Source: Chiloscyllium plagiosum
Taxonomy: Eukaryota
Assembly (NCBI RefSeq): GCF_004010195.1
Contig: NC_057719.1
Location: 63,510,602-63,574,601 of the forward strand
Length of the DNA stretch: 64,000 bases
Direction of reading: 5' to 3'
The position numbers and the translations under genes were made by a program. The notes below the pieces were generated by a model. That model had not been told where the DNA came from and ran no database searches. It saw only the letters and a list, made by a program, of their open reading frames with translations. Positions 26,313-34,978 of the stretch are shown in pieces. How positions within the stretch are numbered: position 1 is the stretch's first letter; every line of letters begins with the position of its first letter.

Positions 26313-27900
26313 GATCACAAGATCAAATGAGTAAATCAGAAAAGCAGATTGGGAGATTCTGCAAATGGGGGTATCTGGTGGTGGGGGTTCAGAATCATAA
26401 AAATAAACCTCGAGCTTTGTGGCGGAGGGAACCGAGGGCAGCAATGCCTGGGGCTCTGTGTCAAGGTAGGAGTGTTCCACAAAGGGTATCCTAGCTAACT
26501 GCACGGTCAGGGGGTTGGAGAGGGGCGTGGCCAGTTTGTTTAGAAGAATTTTACAGCCAGTATTTAAGCAAGTACTGGCAATATAACACACAATGTTATT
26601 AACAACAATAATGATTAGTCGATGCAATAAATAGGACCCCCCAGGATCCTCCTAGTAGCCATCCCAGCCAGCCATCTTCTGCCTTGGGACCTTGCCTGAA
26701 ATCATCCAACTGATTCCGGATAGATTGATAACATGAGTAATGTTGAATAATTCATCCCTAACATGGGTAATACATTTATTCCCTACAATTGTACACACTC
26801 CTCTTTGTTGGGCCAGTTGATAATCCTCAGCATATCTGGTCTGCTGGGCGTAGAGCCGTAACTCAGCCAATTCCTTATTAATCGAATCCAATCCCCTCAC
26901 CTTACTGTTTCCAAGAATAGTGAGCCCGCAAATGAGCTAATTTCAGTTCTTGGCTTCTATTGTCCCTGCCAAGCCTCCCAGGGATAAGGCCCCTCGAAAC
27001 CTATGGCCAAGGGAGGATTCCAGAGTCACCGGATCCTTCCAGTCTGCGCAAAATTCTTCACTATTACTGCAGGTAACTATTTTGCAACAAAACTGTGCTT
27101 GCTGTGGGCATAGGATAGTGATTGGTCCTGTGGTCCCTACTGCAAACAGGACCGGGAGAGTCAAGGTAGCCATAGTAAAAGAGCCGTTAAGAAGGAAGAC
27201 AAACCCTGGCTTGGCCCGATAACATTTAACCTCTCTCTATTCTTATTTCTTGAACTGAATGTATCTCCAGTTACTCTCCTGCTTGGAGTTTCCCCCTGCT
27301 CCAATCAGTTGGTAGCTATTAAAGGGATATGACCAAGCAGCTGAACTGACATGGGTACCATTGCAGTGACCATAAATGAACTGCTGCCCTGCAGTAATGT
27401 TTAAACATCATTCCTTGTCACAGGTGCAAGCGAACCTTCCGTTGCGTTTCTGGCAATGCCAGTGGGCACATTGTCTTTGGACACACAGTGTATTTGTGGG
27501 GATGAGGGCGTATGCCCCACCCTTTCCCTGTAAAACAAAGCAGATAGCTCTTGAGATCAGAGCAAATTGTGCCCGTCCTACCTTGGGTGCCTACACAGTT
27601 GGGGGACTGCGCTCTATTTGAATTTATCAGTTCCACACATTGCCCCAAGGTCAACCTGCGAAAACTACCGTTATGGCCATGCAGGGACTTCGGAGTTGTC
27701 GATGGTGTACAGGCAAAGGGGAGTCTGTCCTGGGATGGCCACAAATAATGCCTCGACTGACTGGGCAAGGGGGTAGCACACGGTCCAATTGCCATGTAAC
27801 TGCACAAAGGTTTTATAAAACAAGTTGTCCTACAGGCCCATTACGGCAAAGGTAGACATACTGCTCCAAAATACAAGTAAAGTCTCCGGGCCAAATGAAG
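26313..27900 (-). pseudogene. env: Decayed retroviral envelope (SU and TM) with an internal fusion loop
   Basis: Cys-rich SU ORFs. TM reads 'FCADWKD...ALSLGGLAGTIEAKN*N*LICGLTILGN...ELAELRLYAQQTRYAEDYQLAQQRGVCTIVGNKCI' (ISD-like segment and CX6C). After frameshifts come a Trp-rich 'GWLGWLLGGSWG', a hydrophobic 'LIIIVVNNIVCYIA' and a cytoplasmic tail. Confidence 0.88.
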
Positions 27901-27980
27901 GGCTCATCACTTATAGTCTCTTAGGTGGCCTCGACACGCTGGTGCTTGAACTTGGGCAGCCTCCTGGCCTCAGTCATCCT

Positions 27981-28797
27981 TTACTTGCCTACTTCATGCT
28001 CCTTGGGTGATGCCACTCGTTTGTGGTGGGTGGTGTGTGTCCACTCGGGTTTTCCCTCAACCTTGACAGTTGTTTGGGTTATGAAGAGGACAAGGTATGG
28101 GCCTTTCCACCTAGGAGAAAAAGCACCCTTTTCAAGTGCTTTGATCATGACATTGTCGCCAGAGTGGAAGGGATGCATGGACTCATCATTAGGAGTAGGA
28201 AGGGCCTCTTTCACTGTGTCATGATTGCGGGCAATTATGGTGTAAAGAGCCTTCACATAATCAAGGAGGGCCTCTAGAGTTAAGAGTAAAGCTGCATCCA
28301 CAGGGAATTTAGGGGTTCTTGCCCCAGTGGACATTGGTCGGCTGATCAATACTTCAAATGGGGTTTGGCCAGGGGTTCTGTTGATCTGTCTACGTATGGT
28401 ATAGAGAGTCAAGGCAGGGCCTCCAGCCTTTTTGAGCCTCCGTATCTTGCACGATTTTTGTCAGAGTGGTTTCGAGAGTGCCATTCATCCGTTCCACCAT
28501 ACTCGAGGATTGAGGTTGGTACGGGAGATGATATTTCCATGCAGTTCCCAGTGCTTTGCAGACGAGTTCAGTGACCGCAGAAGTAAAGTGAGTGCCGCTG
28601 TCACCGTTAATGCCACCTGGGATCACAATTCTAGGAATTATATCTTTCATGAGATATTTGACAACGGTCCTCGCATCAACTTTCCAACTGGAGAATCTTC
28701 TATCAACTTGGAAAACATGTCCACAATTATGAGCATATACTTAAAATTCTGTCTGGCAGGCGTGTGCACAAAATCAACCTGTAGATGATTGAAGGAC
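27981..28797 (-). pseudogene. pol: Retroviral integrase (catalytic core and C-terminal domain), frameshifted
   Basis: 'FNHLQVDFVH...YMLIIVDMFSK', 'IIPR...GDSGTHFT...HLPYQPQSSSMVERMNGTL' (D-D-E triad), 'TPFEVLISRP' and 'PRWKGPYLVL...TTVKVEGKPEWTH' (GPY/F motif). Confidence 0.95.
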
Positions 28798-28799
28798 AA

Positions 28800-28853
28800 T
28801 GTTCAGCGTGGATTAGTTGGACCGAAGTTGTGTTTCCATGCTGTATGACTCTG
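28800..28853 (+). mobile_element. Short CR1 3' tail abutting the ERV truncation point
   Basis: CAGCGTGGATTAGTTGGACCGAAG..TGTTTCCATGCTGTATGACTCT matches the tail at 20765-20823. Confidence 0.75.
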
Positions 28854-29479
28854 TGGCATCATTGCAAGGTTGCTCCATATTCCAAACACTCATAACAACC
28901 ATACATTTTATACATCAAGCATATTATATATAGTATTTGGATTCATGAGTCCATATTCAACCAAATTATGCCAATAAGACATATTCTCAGTTCTTTATGG
29001 TTCCTTCTTTACTAACTTAAAAAGTTAAATTTTGAATCTGAGGGCTGTTCTGTTTATTGCTGGCACAAAGATGTCAAGCTGCTGATCCACACGATTATAA
29101 ACTAGGTCATTCAATAAGTCATGTTACTGCATTCAGTAATATATTGTCAAACATTATACCTGGTCCATTGTATCACTTTATAAAAAACAGTTTATTTACG
29201 AATGTTTAAAATCTGTTGACTTAAGAGTTATTTAGAAATGATGAAACAAGGCATAATTCATAAACAGCATTGCAGCTAATCATGTCAAGATGCACAATAT
29301 TATAGCAGAAATACATTCATGTCAAGCATTGAACTCATGACTTGTTAAGGATTCTTCAAGAGAAACATTTTCAGCAGCACTGTTGGAAAAAAGCTAATTT
29401 GTAACTGAGCAGATGCTTTCTTCAATCCTTAATTTGCATTTCTGTCTGCTGTGTTGAACATGTGTACATCAGGTATTTT

Positions 29480-29705
29480 TAAAAAAGACTTACAGCTTTT
29501 CACTGCTACCAGATGTTTCAAAGTGTTTACAGTCAATGAAGTACTGTTTGCTGAAATGTAGTCACTGTTGTAATGCAGGAAATGTGACGGCTAATCTACA
29601 TTCAGCAATCTCTGACAAACTTCCCCTCTTCTTCAGAATAGTGCCACAAGTTCTTTCCTATCCACCTGAACAAGCAATGGGGCTTTGACTTTAAGTCTCA
29701 TCGTG
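29480..29705 (-). mobile_element. Deu-domain SINE remnant (AmnSINE/SacSINE-like)
   Basis: 'caaagtgtttacagtcaatgaagtact...tgtagtcactgttgtaatgcaggaa...cttcagaatagtgccac'. An opposite-strand copy lies at 49000-49470 and a weaker one near 11570-11670. Confidence 0.6.
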
Positions 29706-31134
29706 GTGTAATGTTTGTAATCTAATTTAATGTAAAGGGTCCAATAAAAATGTGTATATGGAGGGTAACCAAGATTTTCATCTTGATATAACTGAGTGGT
29801 TGGTGTTAGTTAACCAGCGAGACAAATATTATTCAGTTCATTGTCAATATTGATTCCTTCTTCTATGAACTAAATATGGGCATAAATGTGAACATGCCCT
29901 TGAGGGATGAATAGAAAAAGTGACAGCTTCTCCATAAAAATAGGAAAGAGTTTGGTTATGTTGGTGAATTAACATCCCTGTTTCATTGCATTCTTGTTTC
30001 TCATGTTGGCATTTGGCAAAATGATGGGGAAAATAAGGAGTATAGTGCTAATCAGAAAATATTTCTATTCAGGTTTAGTTTGGAAATCCAGTTGTATTGC
30101 CAGTAAAGATATGTTTAATTATAGTATGAAAGTTGACTACACCAGACCAAGAAAAGATTAATAAAAAAAATTACTAAGCATAAGAACAAACTTAGAAGCA
30201 ATGGATGTGGTGCTTGAAATAGTCTTTTTGTGCATTTTGCAGTGGGGCTTTGTGCATATCACAAAACATGGAACACAAAGGAAGTTTAAATCTATGTTCA
30301 CACTGATTTTCAGAAGTTCAGAGTGGTTGACATGAACTGATATTGGTGTTCCAATTTAGCATTGCAAAATGAAGTAACCGTGGTGAAATAAACTATTCTA
30401 AAACTCTAGGCCTAAAACCCCTGAGCAGGTGAAACCATAAGCAACTGGAGACACACCAAGGACTATGTTATGGTGTCTGTGAGTGGGGGTTAATCTGATC
30501 TGTTGTGGGGAAGAAATAATTTGATCTAAGGCTCTGTTCACCATTCAGTTCAGGTTTGTTTCTGAGACAACACTGTTATGAAGAAGACCTTTTGTACTTT
30601 CAGGTTGAAAGTATATTTTGTTTTCTGACTCAACTGCTTGCTTTGATGGAAATAAAAAATAATAAGTAGGTCAATGTACAGTGCACAACTGGTGATTGCA
30701 GTTTTGGCAGAACATGGAGCAAGAATATTACATTCATTTCTTTTCTTTAACCTGGTAGCTTTGAGGCTCTTGGAATTTTGCAATAACTGGTTCTTCAATA
30801 TAGATGTGCACTGATTGAAAAAAACACTTAAAGTACAAAACTTATGGTCACGTATTCAGGTATTGGTTGAATTTCAATGCAGAGATTGAGTGACTGCAGT
30901 CCAAATAACAGATGGAAGTAAGGTGCAAAATTTGAGATTGGGTTGTCCAAGTTATATTCCTGTTGATCTTATTCATCCATCAGTCCCATGCACGCTGGAT
31001 TACATTGACACCCAGTCAAACAGTGAATGAAAACAAAGATCAGAATTTTAAATCAGGTTCCTCAATGGCTGTACCCCTCTTGTCTCTAAAACCTTCTCCA
31101 GTCCTACTATCCTCCAAAGTATCTGGGGCCCGAG

Positions 31135-32110
31135 AATCATACGATATAGAAAAGGCCCTTTGGTCTAACAAGTCTACTGCCAGAAATATACAACTACCTA
31201 CACTAGTCCCACTATCCTGCACTAGGCCTAAAGCCTTGAATGTTATGACACTTCACATGCTCATCCAAATACTTTTTAAATGCGGTCAGATTTCCCGCCT
31301 CAACTACCCTCCCAAGCAGTGTATTCCAGACCCCCACCAACTTCTGGGTGAAAATGTTTTCCCTCAAGCACCATCCAACCTTCCTGTCTTTCACTTTAAA
31401 ATTATGCCGATTTGTTATTGGTCATTCAACTAATGTCCAAGTTATATTCCTGTTATATTCGGGCATAAGCCCTTCCTGAAGAAGGGCTTATGCCCGAAAC
31501 GTCGATTCTCCTGTTCCCTGGATGCTGCCTGACCTGCTGCGCTTTTCCAGCAACACATTTCCAGCTCTGATCTCCAGCATCTGCAGACCTCACTTTCTCC
31601 TCATTCAACTAATGGAACAACTGCTTTCTATTCACCCTGTCCATGTCCCTCTATACCTCTATCACGTCCCCCGTCAGCCTTAACTGCTCCAAAGTAAACA
31701 ACCCAAGCTTATCCAGCCCCTCTTCATAACTGAAATGCCCCATTCCAGGCAGGTGAAATTTTTCTGCACCCTCTCCAATGCAATCACATCCTTCCTGTAA
31801 TGTCAGGATGAGAACGGCACAAAATGCTCCATCTGTGGCGGAACTAAAGTTCTCTACAACTCCAACATGTCCTCCCTGCCTATATAATCTGTGCAAAGAC
31901 TGCTAAACACAAGTGTCCTATGTGCCTTCTTGCTATTGTATAATCTGTACCGCCACCTTCAGGGTTAAGCACCCCAAAATTCCTCTCTTCTTTAGAGCTT
32001 CCTAGTGTCTTGTCATTATTAAGTCTTGTTCCTTTTTCCAATGTGTATCACCTCACTTTATCAGAGTTAAATTTAATTTGCCACTGATCTGCCCATCTGA
32101 CCAATCTGGA
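31135..32110 (-). mobile_element. CR1 3' fragment interrupted by a Penelope-like insertion
   Basis: ORFs 31212-31394 ('FTQKLVGVWNTL') and 31651-31896 ('SYEEGLDKLGLFTLEQLRLTGDVIEV'). Confidence 0.85.
31436..31602 (+). mobile_element. Penelope-like pLTR insertion with a 14-bp TSD and a hammerhead core (31476-31503)
   Basis: TSD TCATTCAACTAATG at 31422-31435 and 31601-31614. Core CTGAAGAAGGGCTTATGCCCGAAACGTC. A short inverted copy TTCGGGCATAAGCCCTTC lies at 31458-31475. Confidence 0.88.
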
Positions 32111-32609
32111 CTTTGTGGCCCGGTATTATGTATTGCTATATAATACTCATGTGGAGCGCTTTCATATGCCTTAATGTGTTAATGGAAATATAGAAATATG
32201 AATTGTTGTTTTATTTTCATTTTATGGTTTTGGCTTAACAGCGCATGTGCAACACTTTCCAATGATCTTGCAGTAAATAGAGCTGACCTCATTTTGACCC
32301 ATTGCAAAACAAAACGATGGTTGCACACAAACATCAGGCCAGTTGTCCTGATTTTTAGCCATGCATGTGAAGATTGATGATTTAACTGGGGCCAGACAAT
32401 AGACAGCTGGCAACTGGGTAGTTACAGTGCCCCAAGTTATGTAACTTCCAAGAAGTCAAAAGTGGATTTAGATTTCCACAGAAAGGTTTCTGCTCAGGTG
32501 TATAAACTACTCAAAATCACTTGGTCCGAATTGGCATATGCTCATTGTGCATTATTGGGTCCCGCATCATTTTTCTTGAATTCATAGAGGTCGGGGGTGT
32601 TGGTAGCAA

Positions 32610-32810
32610 GACTAGCATTTATTATACATCCTGAAGTGTCCTTGCCAAGGTGCTGCTAATAACTGAGTAGCTTACAGAGCTGTTTCAAAGGTCAGCTCAG
32701 AGTCCGTTATATTTCTGTAGATCTGGAGTCACTTGAAGTTTAGATGAGTTGAAGGGAAGAGCGTTCATCCCCTTCCAGAGACTTTAATGCAGTTTGTGCG
32801 GCAACCAGAC
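32610..32810 (-). mobile_element. Degenerate copy of the 45660-type SINE
   Basis: Antisense tail 'agcatttattatacatcctgaagtgtccttg' and body 'gatctggagtcac'. Another partial copy lies at 59520-59645. Confidence 0.5.
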
Positions 32811-32815
32811 AGTTT

Positions 32816-33032
32816 TTAGATTAGATTAGATTAGATTAGATTAGTTACAGTGTGGAAACAGGCCCTTTGGCCCACCGACCCGCCGAAGCGCAACCCACCC
32901 AAACCCATTCCCCTACATTTACCCCTATACCTAACACTACGGGCAATTTAGCCAAGCCAGTTCACCTAACCTGCACATTTTTGGATTGTGGGAGGAAACC
33001 GGAACACGCGGAGGAAACCCACACAGACACAG
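32816..33032 (-). mobile_element. HE1-type SINE, 3' half
   Basis: (AGATT)n tail and body homologous to 43519-43827. Confidence 0.85.
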
Positions 33033-33459
33033 GGTTCAATTCATTTAACCTGAGCCTGAGCTTGGAAGCCAACACACACTTCCTGCTGGTTGAATGTCCA
33101 CTTAAAGAAGATGAAGAAACTGAGGAGGCTTTGAAGGATAAATGCTTTGAATTCAGCTGCTGTGGATTAACAAAGCTCCTCTGCCCTCCTCTCTGCATGG
33201 AAAGTTGAAATCTTCTCTGCCTGTGCCCCTTCCTATATGATGGGGTTCTAAACAATTCCCTTACACACACTTGAGTAACCAATTTTCTAGTGACAAAGAG
33301 TTGATTTCCATCCTCTTCCTACCTTTTGCTGTGCTAATTGTGAATAAGGCTTGGCAGTTAAAATTCATCACCGCTGTCAGGAAACAAACCAAAATCAGCA
33401 GTTTCCTATTGACAGTTAAGGTTGCTCATGCTACCTCCTGCTGTCCTCCCCCACCCCCC

Positions 33460-33695
33460 ACCGTTTCTGTGTGTATCTGACTCTCTGTGTTCCTGGACGT
33501 GAATGTGCCTGATTGCCTGTGTTTGTATATCTGACTGCCTGTGCGCCTGTCTCTATGTGCAAGTTTGTGAATCCAAGTGACTGTGTCTGTCTGACTGCTT
33601 GTGTGTGTGTCTTTTTATCCAACTGCAAATGTTCCTATATCTTTGTGTGAATGCCAGTATATCTGTCTGCCCATGTGTCTGTATCTCTGTGTGGA
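33460..33695. repeat. TG/TC-rich low-complexity degenerate repeat
   Basis: Recurrent TCTGACTG(C/T) and TGTGT units. Confidence 0.6.
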
Positions 33696-34739
33696 AGCCG
33701 ATCTAACTGGAACTTTAACAATGAACCTCAACCATGTATCAACAAACTTGCATCATGACGCTGCTTTGTCTCAACACACTGCAAATGAATTGGTTCACCA
33801 GGTTTACGAGCCATCCGGGATCTCTGAGCAGCACCAGCATCTTCAGAGACCTGGAAATAACTGGGTCTCAAAATTGTAGTGTATAAGGTCTCTGCGTAAT
33901 AGCTGGTTACTAACTGTCCATTTGATCATGACTGTTTGATATACCAATCTTTATTTTTATACCATTTACAGTTAAATATTTGTTTTGCTTGGAAGATGCT
34001 TTTTAAGGTAAAATATGTGGCAGGCAGACATGCCAACAGCAAACAAATGTTCTGAGTGAAATTTGTATTTAGGAAGAGTGAGCCGCATTTCAAATCTGTC
34101 AAAACGTATCAAGCTGTATCTATTTTTAATGTTCAGATCGATCAAAATAGGCATTGTTTTTGAACCGAAATGTGTGAATGGCACTTAAGATGAGTGAGAC
34201 ATAACAGACCTGCTGTGAGCGTGATCGTTTTAAAACGTCAGATGCCGCTGCAGTTAATTTCATTTCTGTGTTAAGTGCAGCACTTTATTTAGCCATATAA
34301 AGCCACCCACATTTGTGTTTTTTTGTATTTCGTGCATTAATGAATGTGCTTACCATTTGGAAAAATCACTTGACAACTTGGTGCTACTTAATAATGCATA
34401 GTATAGGACATCTCCATTTCTGCATGTCTGTCTACACAGAATGGATAGGTGGCAACAAATATAGAAATGGCCACAATTCAAATATTTGCGTTCTAAGCAT
34501 GTTGATGAGATGTGGCAGATCATTTCAAATTTGCTTGCTATTTTTCTTCCCCTGTGGCCAAAGAAGGTCCGACAAACATCTAATGTGTACACTGTTACTT
34601 TAAAGGCATTGTCAGGTAAGTATGTACTGGTTGAGGTATGAGCAGCAATCACTTAACATATTCTGCAAGCTTTGTCTGGAATTCGGCACATTGAAATAAA
34701 CTGCAAGGAAAACGACAGCAGGCACATGCAAACATGATC

Positions 34740-34978
34740 AGCTACAAGTTCCCTTCCAAGCCACACGACATCCTTACTCGGAACTATATCACTGTTCTTT
34801 TTACTGTCATTGTGTCAAAACCCTGAATCTCTCTTACTAAAAAAAACTGCACGTGCAGCTACACCAATGATTGCACCAGTTCAAGAATACTGCTCATCAC
34901 TTTCTTGAGAACATTCGGGGGATGGTCAACAAATGCTGGACTTGTCAGCAATATCTACATCACACAAAAGAATAAAAA
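34740..34978 (+). mobile_element. 3' end of the second CR1-clade LINE family
   Basis: 'ccttccaagccacacgacatccttactcggaactatatcactgttc...cagttcaag...gatggtcaacaaatgctgg...acatcacacaaaagaataaaaa'. Confidence 0.6.

Larger units (their letters stand above)
25738..28797 (-). mobile_element. 5'-truncated endogenous retrovirus (integrase-env-PPT-3' LTR), class I-like pol
   Basis: Ordered minus-strand integrase, env, polypurine tract (AAAGAGGAAGGA, 26312-26301) and LTR. No gag, RT or 5' LTR is present. Confidence 0.93.

Noticed and set aside
26560-27090. Endogenous filovirus (NIRV) insertion
   Set aside because: The GP2-like segment sits in normal retroviral order between integrase and PPT/LTR and has a long cytoplasmic tail, so it is a retroviral env. 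No filoviral NP, VP35 or L sequence is seen.
26313-27900. Domesticated syncytin-like env gene
   Set aside because: It has multiple stops and frameshifts, so there is no intact ORF.
32852-33282. ORFs 32852-33208 (+) and 32962-33282 (-)
   Set aside because: They are partly SINE-derived and otherwise show no recognisable domain or splice support.
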